64,000 bases of DNA from Phoronis australis (GCA_002633005.1 NMRA01000121.1:630501-694500); one strand, 5' to 3'. Positions 12,953 through 27,900 are shown, numbered from the stretch's first letter. Numbers and translations are program-made. The notes: generated by a model not told the origin, from the sequence alone.

Positions 12953-15900
12953 GTGAGTAAATTCATTAATTTTCTGGTTGAGGTTCCGTATTTGGTCTCC
13001 AGGTCTAAACTTTCATTTTTTGTTTTGTAAGTGGCAAGAACAGGCACTGTTTGTATGATTACTAACCGACAACAGCAATGTTACCACCAGGCTTGCATTC
13101 GTTCGGTAAAATATCTCCTATTAAAGACATTTGCTTTACCTGCAATTTACAGAAATTATGGGGAATGTGGGCTCGCTTCAAAGTGATCCGTTACCATAAT
13201 GTGCAGTTGTTTCCTTTGTATATCTTCGGACTGGACCTTTACAATGACGGAACATAATTCAGTTCACTCGCACCAGCCAAGATGCAAACAATGTTTGAAA
13301 TATAACCTTTGAACACACAACACTAGTTGACCTATAAATGCTTCAGTTGAATAGACCACATTTCTCTTGTCAAATACACTCACTCATGGGTTTCCTATTT
13401 TGCTACGGTATGCCCTAGTCCGAAAAAGAGCAAAGACTGTAAAGCTTATTAAAGACGAGAGATTATTAATTTTACAATGGCGTAAGGGGGAGCCCAACCA
13501 CAATTTTTGAACTAGAGGAAAATATAGCTCCCAAAAAATATGTGCCGCCGGGGTGGCTTTCGTTGGTATTGGAGTTGTTTAATATTGAACATATACTCCT
13601 GTACGACTATCAGATAGATAATAACGTCCCTACCGTTAGATGTGTGGAGAAATGCACTGATTATCTTATTAAATCTGCCCTCATGTTGGACTTTACGAAC
13701 TAGAGAAAGTCTCGTGTTGGATTCAGATAGGTACTTTCGGTACCCTCCCTCACTGGGAGAACTGTAAAATATCACCAATTTAGGATACAACATGGCGGAC
13801 AGGTGAAATTTTATTTTCTAATTTCTTCATATTATCTGGGACCCCGGGTCCTAGATATGATATCGGTTCCAGAATGACGTGGGCATTCAACCCAATCGAA
13901 TAGGAGCCCTTGAAAAGTGAAAGGGACAATTTTGGTAATTTTTCTTGCCCTAACTTGGTGTTTCAGCTTTTGCGGCAGCTTACGCATCAAGGAATTCTCC
14001 TGTCCATGTGAACAACAAAGATTAACCCTGTGTGATTGCCTATAAACTGCAAAAATGTCACGAAAACATGACTTGAAAAACGTGGTTGATCATTCTGTAC
14101 CTATAGTTATTGACCCGCATATCACATAAGAATCAATATATTCTATCGTACATATAGTTTCCCTACTATGCATAGATGTAGCCTATAACTTTTTATTGTA
14201 TGGGTTTACACATCGGAAACGTCTTTGAATTATTAATTAATCTGTTCTGAAACCGTACTACGTAACTATATATGTGTTCATACAGCCACGTAAATTTGTG
14301 ACTCGAGAGTCTGCCACAACATGAAATATGACAACAGCTTTCCTCACGTCAATCAAAAAATGTATATCATAGGTGATAGATTTTTGAATGTTACGACCTT
14401 GCTCTAATCTCAAATAGCTCTAATCAAGTGTGTCGGTGCACATTGTTATCTGAAGAACCTTTGGACGTTTTGATGAATAATAGGAAGTAAAGCAACTAGA
14501 CAACTGGACTAGATACCATTTTTGTAAACAGCCAATATGACGAAATTCAAGTTTCCCCGGAACCGGAAATTGACGTCATAATGAATTTACCGCCACTTCT
14601 ATTGCAAAATCGCCTTCTTCGTCAATTCTTCAAGTCATTTGTCAATGAAAGTGATTTGTCCGAGCCCGACATTTGAAACGAAACGAGGCCAATGTAACAA
14701 CACGTTTTCCTACCTCCAGGACGAACGGGATTTTTATCCAGGACAGATTCCTGTATCAGGCCTTGTCTCTGGGCTTGGGAAGTATCACAAAAGAATGAGA
14801 AGATAATTGAATAGCTGTTCGATTTTGCATACCTGAAATAAACTTCAGAGATTTCTAACAGTATCATGAAATGCTTTTATATGACCAAAACATCGACATT
14901 CATTCAGAACATAAATATAAATCTCCCTACTTTAAATCGTTGTTGTAATATGTTGTTTTACGATATATGAGAATTTTAGACAACTTATGACCGATTGGTG
15001 CTCTACCGTTACTCTTACGGCGTCTAGTAAAGAGTAATTCATTTTCCGTGTGAGTACATTTCCAGAAAAAAACCACAAAATTCACGATTTTTGAAATATG
15101 CGCAAAGGAAAAAACTCTGTGGTTACAACAGAGTTTCTAATCTCCCTCCCATTTATGACAGTCAATTGCTTGAAGTCGCTTGAGGTCAAAGGTCACATTT
15201 TCCATGTAAGAGAAATGTGCTATGTCAGTCTGTGTTTTGCCATACCAAATAAGGCGACATGCTTTGCCTTGTGGGAGAAAAATCGGCGAAGTGGCGAGCA
15301 GTTGACAGGTCGTTTTTTGAAATTTAAAACTTAAAGAAAATGCTTTGATATCATTAGAAATCAAAAATCTCCACGAAAATACCGGAAAAATACTTGGTGA
15401 GCAAGTTGAATTCTGTTTCAGTGGCAGAGAACCACTTTCAGTATGCAATTAAGCCTGTTTACATGCGCGCACCCAGGGGGGGCTCGGGAGGGGGGCTCGA
15501 AGTGGGTAAAACAGTTCAACTCAGAGAAACAAAAAGTCCGAGAAAACGAGACAAAAAAATCCATTAAAAAGGAGGCGCAGACGCATAGTTCACAGACCTG
15601 AAGGTGGTACCCCGTTTTTTTTTTACTCCTCCCGCCTTTTTGTTAACAAAAGGTCTACTTTGTCAGAGATTCGAGCTACCCCCCATATTAAAGGCTGGGT
15701 GCGCGCATGGTTTATTGCGTTCCAGGCCTCTTTAACACCTGCAAACCGAATTTCAGAAAAAAATTTGCATCAGAGATCCGCCAAAAAGAGTGTGAATGCA
15801 TCGAGTCCAGACATTCTGGTTTCACATTCCGTTTTAATGATCGATGACGAGTTGAAGTACACTTTTTGAGGGCATTAGATCGGTGAAATTGGTGACGCTG

Positions 15901-18900
15901 CAAGTCTTTGAGTGAATAATTCTCGCTGTCCATTTCAAAATCCGGAAATTGATTGTGCCGGAAATAATGTACTCTCGACAAGTAAATCGACGAATCTTAA
16001 AATGCGGCCAACTGTAAAGATATTTAAAGAAAATTTTAATCAACACTTGAAAGTCAAAATAATGTTTTTGGACAAACTACTGAATAATTTGAAATTTATC
16101 ACATATTCACCGAGATAACATCGTGTTGAGAGTATAGATTATGTTGAAATTCGCCCACAGACAAGTTGCACAAGTTTTACCGATAAAAATCAAATAGCAT
16201 AGTCAGTTTAACATGCATGTTTTATTTTTGACAATTTTAACAAACAAATGCAAAAAACAACAGGAAAGTACTTGAAGATGCTTTAACTCAAAGTTTCAGG
16301 CTACTGATATCGTCTCAGAAAATTTGAAAAGTTGTCCAGGTTTCCTGTCCTATCCCCGGGGTTCTTGTTTTAAAGGACGAGGTTCAAACCTCGGGGTTCG
16401 TATTTTTCGGGCTGGTTAGCTGTTTTGAAGGTGTGGGGTCTGTTTTTGACTCCGGGATATCTGTTTTACAGCGGGATTCCAATTTCGATGGAACACCCTG
16501 TAGAGACTTGAGCAAAGATGGTGTGCCGTTTTTGTGTTCAAAAAAAGTCATATAATTGTTTAAACACGAATCAGGTATGTGTCTCTGAGGGCTTTGTACG
16601 TTCATTGCATGAGTAAGTTCGTTAGTGCCTTTATCACAATTGACATTAGCAACACTGAACTGAACGCAGTTTTCATATTCTCCAACACACCTTCAAAACC
16701 ACGTTTTCTCGAACATGTACTTAAAAAGAATGCATTTGAGATGAAAAAATACTGGCCTGTGCAAAACTATCTGGTTTGAGTGTCATACGTATTTTATCAT
16801 TTGTATGAATAATGTATGCCAATTTTCACCTAGTGCTCTTAAAGAAAGAATTGAGCCAAGTTCAAAAATGGTGGCTGATACTGACTAATTACGAATCATG
16901 TTTTAATCTAATTCGCAATTGGATATCAGTAAAAACATTACTTTTGCACCCCTGGTACTACTACAATATATTTGCATGCATTTTCAGTGGGACTTGGTTT
17001 GCGAGCGGTCCTTCCTCAACAGTCTTTCAACTACTCTGTATTTCCTCGGTGTTATGATCGGCGGAATGATCTTTGGACCGATATCCGATCACTACGGAAG
17101 GCGCCCGGTGATACTTGCAAGTCTCATTGTTCCCGCCCTTCTCGGTATTGGCCTGGCTTTCGTCAAACATTACGTCCTGTTTGTAGTAATCAGAGTTATT
17201 CAAGGATGCTTTTATCAGGTAAACATAGTATATGCAGGATAACGAAAAAGGAGTGACGCAATTAAACGTAATGGCGATTATGATATCCGTGAATATACGG
17301 GTAGCGTGATCACCTGATAATTAAAACATGAACTGATCCCCACTGGGAGCACTACCTCGAAGATCGGCAGGGACGTGTTGTAATGAATCAGTCTTTTTCC
17401 TAGAGCAATACAATAAAAGGTGTTCTTTCAAACTATACGGGAACGTATTCGATCTCAACCACTTCAGGATATTTACAACCAGTCTCGAAGTTCGAATGCT
17501 ACAATTTAGTTTCCGCCTCCTTTTGGCCATTCTGAGAAATATAGGCCACGAGGTACTATTTATGNNNNNNNNNNNNNNNNNNNNNNNNNNNNNNNNNNNN
17601 NNNNNNNNNNNNNNNNNNNNNNNNNNNNNNNNNNNNNNNNNNNNNNNNNNNNNNNNNNNNNNNNNNNNNNNNNNNNNNNNNNNNNNNNNNNNNNNNNNNN
17701 NNNNNNNNATACGTATTTTATCATTTGTATAAATAATGTATGCCAATTTTCACCTAGTGCTCTTAAAGAAAGAATCGAGCCAAGTTCAAAAATGGTGGCT
17801 GATACTGGCTAATTACGAATCATGTTTTAATCTGATTCGCAATTGGATATCAGTAAAAACATTACTTTTGCACCCCTGGTACTACTACAATATATTTGCA
17901 TGCATTTTCAGTGGGATCTGGTTTGCGAGCGGTCCTTCCTCAACAGTCTTTCAACTACTCTGTATTTCCTCGGTGTTATGATCGGCGGAATGATCTTTGG
18001 ACCGATATCCGATCACTACGGAAGGCGCCCGGTGATACTTGCAAGTCTCATTGCTCCCGCCCTTCTCGGTATCGGCCTGGCTTTCGTCAAACATTACGTC
18101 CTGTTTGTAGTAATCAGAGTTATTCAAGGATGCTTTTATCAGGTAAATATAATATATGTAGGATAACGAAAAAGGAGTGACGCAATTAAACGTAATGGCG
18201 ATTATGATATCGTGAATATACGGGTAGCGTGATCACCTGATAATTAAAACATGAACTGATCCCCACTGGGAGCCCTACCTAGAAGATCGGCAGGGACGTG
18301 TTGTAATGAATCAGTCTTTTTCCTAGAGCAGTACAATAATGGTGTTCTTTCAAACTATACGGGAACGTATTCGATCTCAACCACTTCAGGATATTTACAA
18401 CCAGTCTCGAAGTTCGAATGATACAATTTAGTTTCCGCCTCCTTTTGGCCATTCTGAGAAATATAGGCCACGAGGTACTATTTATGTTGAATATTTATCA
18501 GTTGTGGGGGAAAATCAGGCCTATTTTTTTCAAAGTTTATTTTGTCGATCAAAATTAGATTATATATAAAAACTCATAACCTTTCAAAACCACTTAGAAA
18601 GTAAAAAAAGGATTTAGCAAGTTTAATCATGTTATACAATATTCCAGGGTCTCCAAATGACATCTTTTATTATGCTGGCGGAACTGTTCACACCCCAGGC
18701 ACGAACTGTAGTCGGGAGTCTTCCGGCAATCTCTAGTGATATCAATAACATGGTGATATCTCTTGTTGGTTATCTTTTGAGAGACTGGCATAAAATCCAG
18801 CTGGCTTACACTGTGCCATTCGTCGTACTATTCATTCAAGTGTGGTAGGTCTAACTCAAGCTGTTTTTACGCACCCACAAATACGTATGTGGGTGCATGA

Positions 18901-21900
18901 GGTCTGGGCGTCAGGGCGTCCGACGTCCGCTCATTTATCTCGATACTAAACTCTCACGGAATAATAATGAGATTTGGCAGATGTATTAACATGAAGGTAA
19001 AAACGGGTTTCGGACCCATCCGATTACCGCTCTGTCCCAAAGTGGCAACTTTTTATGTTTGCCTTGATATCTTCAAAGTTCTTTGTTGGCTTTACAAGAA
19101 ATTTAGCAAATAAGCTTCTGTTAAAGATGTAGCGTCACCTACCCGTAGTGGCAATTTTAGATTTTACGTTTACCTCTGTATCTTTAAAGATCCTCAACGG
19201 ATTTTTTATAAAATTTGGCATAGGCCTATAGGCATCTTTTAGTCAGATGACACTATACTTCCGTTTTCAGATGGATTCGAGGTATTTTGAGTTACCTAGT
19301 GGCCATTTTTACTGTTTTCGAGTATGTTTTATGGGGTCCGCCCCTCGACTGACGATGATTTTCCGACGACTTCGACTACTGTGGCGCCTCCTAGTACCAG
19401 TTTTGTTTTGTTTTGGGCCCATTGTTCTACGGTCTCTGGTTGTATCTCCTAAACTCACTGCAAAATCTATTTTCAAATTTAGTAAATGTATTTATATGAA
19501 GTTAACAACAGACAACGACGACTTTTAGATGGATCCGACTAACGCTATGCCCTCTAGTGGCAATTTCATTTTTTCCGTGTTCCTTTGTTTCTCTGAAGTT
19601 CCTTGACAGATTTTTCTGAAATTTGTTAAATAGCTCTGTATTAAAGAAACAATGACATGTTCCCGATTTCGGATCGATTCGACGTATTTTGCGCCATCTA
19701 GTGGTCATTTTATGATACAAATAAACAACCCTAGAAGCACTGTTTGTAGTCCATTCGTGGGCGCATTTCAACGCTCCGCGTTACTTGTTTCAAATAGGTT
19801 TCTTTTAAGGAGGCAACGACATATTACCAGTATCGGATAGATTCATCGTATTCTGCGCCAACTAGTGGCCATTTTCGATATTACTTCTGAATCTTTTTGC
19901 GTCTGCTTCTCTTAGCAGCCAATAACAGTCCTTTGTCATTGGCGCTCTTTAGAATAATGAGAGCTCGACAGCGACTTTCGCTTGACCTCGATTCAGATTC
20001 GGTGCAAAGAAAATTAATTGCTACATACTACACGTTTTCTTATCATAAAAACAGAGCAAAATCCAATCCTGTTATCAGCCCTTATGATTGTTTGATTAGG
20101 TTAGTTCACTAATTTATTTTAGAATTTGACATCAGCTGGGAACAAAATTCTCCCGCTTTATCAGTCGCAGCCCAAACTGCACAGCCGAAGATTCGGCTTC
20201 ATCGCGGTGAGATTGAAACTTGATGTCCTTAGATATACCTAGATATTTCAAGAGGCACGCCTTTTCCGTAAGACATTAGTGTATCCCAGCTTTCAGTAGT
20301 GGAAATTTACCTGCATTATGATAGCAGGAAATGTGTTAAAACGCTGTTTATAGCAATAGGTTAAAACCTCCCGTCAGCACTGTCTGCATGATATGTGTAG
20401 GTGGCGCTGAACACTGGCCTCCAAAGACCGGATCGCCGTCTGGAGGGATTAATGAATTTCAATATGCGATGCGATTTCGAAAGTAAGCTATTGAAGGGTC
20501 ATTATTAAAATAGGCAGCTGTGTTCCTGCTGAGAATACTAGGTCTAAGGACTATTTTCAGAAAGGTCTGGCTACTTTAGTGGCAATTTTTTTTTGCGTCC
20601 GCTGCTGTGTTTCCTTAATCCCACGCAATATCTTCGTGAAATTTGGGAAACAATTTTCTATGAATGTGACAACAGATAATGACGACTTTCTGACTGGTCT
20701 GGTAACCGCCGTGGCAGCTTTGGTTTTTTAGTGTTTTTTACATTCGCCTCTGTATCTTCAGAGTTTCGTGACAGAATCTCATTAAATGTGGCGTTTACTT
20801 GTCCATTAAGAAGTCGACAACACCTCTTTATTGTCAGACGGATCAGACATGCCTACTAGCCATTCTTTACGTTTTCTTTTGCATCATCCTCTCTGCAAGT
20901 CTAACTACTTGAGATATATTTAAGAAAATTATGGATTTATTTTCCTACTGACAACAGTACGATTGACGTCGATTTTTGGATGGGTTCGATTTCTCAGTAT
21001 GGCGTCCCCTAGTGGCATTTTTCGCACTCAGCTTTGTCTCGCAGGAACTTTGTGAAATGTAATAAGTATATTTTTGAACGTGACAAGAAATGACAACTCC
21101 TTCCGGATGGCGCCAACCAGCGCTGTGCGTCGTAGTGACAATTTTGTTTTTTTACGTTTGAATTTGTATATTAGTAGATCCTGAACAGATTCCCATGACA
21201 TTTGGCAAATAGGTTTCTATTAGGGAGATGGCGACGTGTTCTCATTTTTGAACGAGTTCAATATATCCTGTGCCACATATTGGCTGTATTTTATGCTAAT
21301 AAACGCCTCTAGAACGATACCGTTTGCGGTGCAGTCGTGGGCGCATTTTAACCATTGGTGTTGCTCTTGCTTGTCTAGTGGTGCGGTAAAATTTAGCCTT
21401 AAATTCGTTCAACCTTAATCAAATAATATACTACTTAAGTTACTTTTCATCCTGTTTGGCTGGCTAAAAACGAATATCGAATTATCAGGCTTTTACTTTC
21501 ACATAACATTCCTCGTCATGATAGGATTTCATTTCCGTTACCAACCCCAGTCTCATGCCACTTTTGAATGCGCAATGTTTGTCGTAGAGTAAATATTAAT
21601 TTTATATTTTCGTTTTGGTCAAACCCAACAAACTCCGCAGCAGATTTTTTAGACGTTGATTGTTTCGATGTTCTTGCATGTAAGGGAAACAGACTCTTAT
21701 TACGGAAAGGAATATTGTGAGAGCACTTTCGTGAGAGTAGAGGTTTAATTCCATTTTTGATTTTATAAAGGATGAAATTCAGCATACATGTAATTATTCG
21801 TAAGGAGTGACTTTGCCAATGTTCTCTGGTTGCTATTTGGTGCTGTTATGGTCGGCTCGTCTACATTAGCATCTAACAACCTAGAAAGTGCTCTGTACTT

Positions 21901-24900
21901 TTGAGAGATGTTGTAAACCAGCTATTTGTTAGGCCTGTTCAAATTCGTAAGTCTGAAGTCGGATATGGATATCAACTCTATTTACTTGAGCCTTTATTGT
22001 GAATTGTCTTGCAGTCCATTGTCTTGCAGTTCAATGTCTTTCAGTTCAATGTCTTGCAGTTCAATGTCTTGCAGTTCAATGTCTTGCAGTTCAATGTCTC
22101 TGTTCCATTCAGGGCTCTTCCGGAATCACCACGATGGTTAATGGCTCAAAAAAGACACCATGACGTAACTCAATTCTTTACAACTGCAGCAAAATTCAAC
22201 AGCATTGATGAGAAAACGTTGTGGTCTCAAGCCCAGCCGCCACGTTTACTTAATGGTGAAGCACACGATGATAAAAAAGATGAAGTTGTCTTAGACACGA
22301 ACAAAGCAGCAAAACTGACATTCCTGGACCTTTTCAAAACAAGAAATCTGAGAAAGCGGACCTGCATTTTACTATACATTGCGTGAGTATTGGAGACTCG
22401 GCTATGTCTCCGAAGTAGCTTACGATCTTTTAGCTGTAGAAACACGTTGTATATCCACTGGAGGTTTACAATTCCGGGTGGTCATCGGTGGTTTTTGTTT
22501 TTAGTATAGCACTTGAGATTCAATGCAGACCCGTAACGCGGGTGAGTTCGAGGGTTTCGGCCGAAAACCCCTCCCCCGCAGAAAAGGTCCTGCCCCAGCT
22601 TATCAGTTGAATGTAGGATATAAATAACAACAAAAGTGTTGCAGCTAATGGTACTAATAACTACAATGATGTTTAAGTTAGTAATAATTTTGATTACTTT
22701 CTTCTGATTCGCGGTTCACGTAATCATTGGCTCGTACCCGGCCAACTTCGTCCGAATGGTGTTTGAGTAGATAACAGGATCGTGGAAAAGATTAGAAGAG
22801 GCTTCATGCTATTCATCGGCTTTGAAAGCGCGTGGTGCCTACAACAGAGGGTAACAAGGGAGTTTAGAAATAAATGTCTATACCTATCTAGGCTATTTAG
22901 CAGCAAGAGAGCTCTCAAAAACAGTGCGTTGTGAATGCCTTAAAATCGACCAAGAAACAAAATAGCAAAAAAATCAACTATTTTGGCGTACTTGGTGGCC
23001 GTTGTATTACGATATAGTATAGGCATTTTCAAATTTCTAATTCAAAGTGACCGTCCACTTGGAGTGTGGATTGGTGGATTGACATGAATGCGTGTACACG
23101 TGTGTGCGTTTCCATTCTTTTAAATTCAGTACACACCGACGGTAAGTTCATTTATAGGCAGCCCTCCGTCGTTTCTCAATACCAGACATTCAGCTGCTGT
23201 TTTCTTGCACTGAGAAAACCCCGACGAGCATGTTCATCCTTTAAGGAAAATTATGTCTAGACCTATTAATAACTTTGGTCAATAAAAAAGTCTTCTCTTG
23301 TCAATCAGTGCCAATGTTGCACAGGCTCACAGACTTCATACGAACAACAAACTTGATGGAAAAGATTTCCAAAGCTTAATGTCACTATTCAGAAGGTCCA
23401 CTACTCCCAAGGTCCACAACTCAAAACGGCGTTGCCTTCGAAAGTTTTCTACCTTCGAATGCCCATAATTCCGAAACAAGAACTCCCAAAGTTCGTCTGC
23501 TAATGAGTCGGAACTGCATGCATTGTATTTGTGTCCATTTAGCAACCATTTAAAGGGTATGCAAAAGTTGAATAGTTCTTAAAACTTTGATTACATTGTT
23601 TACAAATGAGCTCAGTTCTGATCACTGCCAATCGTAATTCGTGAATCTAACTACTACTCATTCTCAAGCAGGGACAACAGGCGGGTCAGACCTGCGGCGA
23701 CCAACGGCGGTTTTAAGTTTTTAAGTTTAAGAAGACTGGATGGGACTCTTTGACTTCGTGAAAACTGACAGGGGCAGGGTAGCCTAATATAACTACAAGT
23801 GTAGTTTCGACCGGCCGTGCGTGGTTCCGGTGGGTGACGTTGAGGCAAAGCGGCCCTAAACTTTTCAGTCACGCGGTGAAATGATGCGATCTTGACATGG
23901 ATTTAAGAAATGTGTAGTGGTTGATAAGTGATCAATGTTCCTTCTTCATATTCTTTTAAAATGTATTCGTAAGACAAGCGGGCAATTTCGCATGAGCATG
24001 AAATCAGCGTTGTTTGGGTTAAGCCCTATAGGTAAACTTCTCGGTACACCTAATAGCCGAAGTATCGTATTTTTTGCTTGTAAAAGTATAAAAATTTCAC
24101 CTGAATCCGAAATTTTAGATATTTTCGGAGTAGTGAACCTTCAAAGTAGTGAACCTTGGAATAGTCAACCTTCAGAGTAGTGAACCTTCGGTATAGTGGG
24201 CTGTCACTATTTCAGCGATGTTAGCAACTTAAGTAACTTGCAAAATACAACCAGATGAAAATTTCAAGTCATTCTCCGACTAAATATGTCCGTCCGATTA
24301 TGGAATGAATTGACTCATTTAAGTCCGCCTGATTTGAAAGTTGGATAGAACGTTCTCTTTCTAGACCACATTACATTCGTCATTGCAACCGTCGTGGGAT
24401 CCCATTTCTGGTATTACGAATACCGTCTCATCTCAGGAACATAGAGCTGAGAGTCATCGTTGAGTATACAGATTTCCTTCCCCCTAATTAAACTGCGTCA
24501 AGGGCTTGGTCGAAAATTACATAGACTGAGTCGACGTTTTCCACAGAGGACAAAAGTTCGCCGGTCTAAAAATTCGAACTACCCTGCACAATGCTTGCTA
24601 CGGGCCTGAATTTTGTATAAACATGGTTAAAACTGTGCGCCTTACAGGTATAAACCCCTGCTTTTGGTTTTAGGAGACAGTCATAAAACTCCTCTATTGT
24701 TCATCAGTAAAGCTTTCAGTATATAGACAACATAGTAAATTCGCGTCAACTGATAACGTCGCTTAAACGATGTGTGTCACTGGCGGCAGTGACAACAGGT
24801 GTTATTTGGTTACTTGATTGAGTTGTCTAAAACCACGTGTTAAGCAAAATATCAAAACGACTCATATATGGACGTTTCTTCTGCTTGCTCTTGTCTTTAT

Positions 24901-27900
24901 TATTTTCGATATTAGCGTGCTGGTGACGATAAGTGCGGGGAGCTGGCGGGATGCGGTTTTGATCCCATAATTAAGTTACCACTTGCGTGAATGGTTTAGA
25001 ACTCAGAACAGTACGGTTTTGTACCTTCAAAGGCAGGCTCCCAGCGTTTAACATTCAAGCAAACGCCCTTTTCATACCACGATATGACTAAGTTTTCTGT
25101 TACCAAGAACGAACATGTACACATCCTCATCAGACCAAGAAAGCGTCGGTTTATTGGGTTGACCAACCCAGAAATTTGAAAATGACAATGACATAGGATA
25201 GTTTCGCTACACAACGAAAACCGTTTCCGTGAGTACATAACACTGATACTGCATGTAGTTGTCCTGAGTTGTGAGGTTGTGTTCAAGCGACAAGATCAGT
25301 TTAGATTTTAGAAAGATGTCTCGCTGTAATGGGATCCAACCACAAACCAGTAAGTGCTACTCACGTGTTCTGGCGTTTCTCGCGGCTTCCGCAAGCAACG
25401 GCTTTTATACAAATCTGAAATATTGTTCCTTCACAGTTTTTCCAAAACATGTCTAAAAAAACGTCATCCGCGGTTCTGTTTGCGTGCCATTAATGTTCTT
25501 CACACGTATTCCCAGCACTGTTCCAATTTAATGAAATTTGTCGCTAAAAAGGACACTTTCAAAGAACGACTCCATTTGTTTCGAACTCTCGCAGACGACT
25601 CTCGTTTCCATAAGACATGCAATATAGAATGTAGATCATTTGACTAAATTTTGATTTCTTTTTTAAATCACGAGATAAACTTTACGACAGAGGCACTGTT
25701 TATAAAATGGTTTCGGGAAAAATGCATGTCTCTGGAATTTGTTGGTATTTCCGCAGTTTTGCTGACTTCTTTCATCACCCCACTTTTTCTGTCTCTTTTA
25801 GAACCTGATACCGTATTTAGGTTCATGGCGATCGACGATGATGGACAAGTTAAGGTCTGACATACAGCCAGTAATCTCGTGGGTTAAAGCCCATGCCCGT
25901 GTAATCGCCCATCTCCGACTTTTTGTCAATTTTCAATTTAAACGCCCACAGCTTGGGTAATGGCCCATCCCCGACTTTTTGCCAGTTTTTCGGTTTGATC
26001 GCCCAACTGCTTGGGTAATCGCCCATCCCCCTGCCTCAGGGTTTCCCAATTTAAGCGCCCAGGGCGTTAACCCGCAAGTTTACGGTATGTTGTCGCACTC
26101 GACACAGAAAGGCGCCCGGGCGACCATGTGTGTCCAGTGCGACAATATATGTAGCATCAGGGTCATTTAATGCATTCAATAGTTTTGCACTTATGTTATA
26201 AAACCTGTTGCTCCACCCTGCGTGATAATTTCCCTGGGACCATCAAGTTTTCAAACGATTCTGAGGTGGTAATTTAAATTGTTGACCTCACGTAACTTTG
26301 CGGTGTCACGAGATGATTGGTCGTGTAGATACTTTGTCCGTTTGTTGTTAGAATGGCGAAAACTGCAACATAGCAGGTGAAAGGTTGTATTCATGATCAG
26401 ATAAGTGAATTCGATTCGAAACTTTCAAAATGTGTGACGCAGTCCTAGAGTTTACCAGTATTTATTCTTAATGTCTTGTTGCTATTACAGATTCGCTATA
26501 CAGGCTGCCAACTATGGGGTGATGTTAGGAACATCCACACTTCCTGGAAATAAATATTTAGTGTTCTTCATTGGTGCTGTCATGTGTTCCCCCACCACAT
26601 TGGTTAGTGTTCTCGTCCAGAAAAAGTAAGTTGAGTTACTTTGTCTCATGTGAAACGGCGTATTTGGTGAGCATATTTGTTACCAGAAGTTGACAGTTGG
26701 TTTTAAACCTCTGGAATGGGAATATTCCGCAAAACCATCGTGGGTTATCGCGATTTGGGGACTTCCTTGTCTCTCTAAAGCGAAATATATCTTCCTGTTT
26801 GCTCTGGGGAAATAAAAACTCATTATGAGAACAGCAGGTACAGGGGACATTCTAGATAATGTTTTTCGTATGACGTTGTGTTCAGAGATTTTTTCCTTGG
26901 ACCCGCGTTAGCGACGTGTTTACCGATAATTCACTATATTCAACATGCGCATGTTATCCTTACTGGGCTGTAAAGTTGGCAGCAGTGCCTCAGTTTAATT
27001 TGATCGTCGAGCTGTGTAACATTTGACCTCTGTTGCCGGAGTTATAGTGAACTTGAGAGTGTGCACCTCAGACACTGCATCGCAACTAGTGGAACCGTTG
27101 TTTTATTTTTTCGTTTGCTTACAGAATTTCGCGTTATGAAATGTAAAAGTTCCCTCTTTTTCCTTGATTGCAGTGTGCCCGGAGTGGCCTCATGGGCGGC
27201 GTTTTGGGCCTGTCAGACCGTCTCAAAATTTTATTTTCTTTAGTTTGACGTTGAAGTAACACTAATCTAGAGCTAGGGTTTGTTTTGTGAACACATTCTT
27301 TGGACTTCAACCCTTTGAATCCCTTCAATTAAGTAGAGCCTTGTGAAATTTGATTAGAGCTGTTCAAGGCAAAAAATGATTCATGGAACTGAAAACATGC
27401 TTTCAAATAATCGGATTCGGTTGCTCTTGGCGTCAGATGATCTCAACTCGGCGTATGGACTTTGATTGAAGTTAAATATTGGAATTAGCTATTTGTTGAT
27501 CAAGTAATGGTTTTATCTGTTGATTTTTCTCTGAGTATTCGACCACAACCCGTCATTACTGTAATTTACTTGTATTGTGCGGAATTTTCTTCCAGTCGAT
27601 TTGCAAACATGGAGCTTAATGTCATATTTTTCCACTTTGAATGTTGAAAAAATGACTTTGTCCGTAGGTTCGGTAGGAAACGACCTCTCTGCGTCTCTCT
27701 GATTTTGATTTCTGTGTCTTGTCTATTTGCTGGATTTATTCCAGAAACAGCAGGTGAGTTGCACGGTGCACGCTCTTGCGCGCGCACTCTAAACTTACCT
27801 GAATAAATTTGATGGACTGTTCTTTCCTAGGCTGAGATTTCATGGTAGCGATTGCGTGGTAAGTGCAACCATCGTCCATACAAACATTGGTCAGCAGGGG

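Larger units (their letters stand above)
16786..18486. repeat. ~0.78-kb duplication flanking an N gap (likely haplotig overlap)
   Basis: 16786-17564 vs 17709-18486; copy 1 ends exactly at the gap and copy 2 begins exactly after it. Confidence 0.9.

Noticed and set aside
21926-22141. ORFs with SSMSC / LQFNV repeats
   Set aside because: Translations of the intronic 15-bp minisatellite; the real exon starts at 22113.
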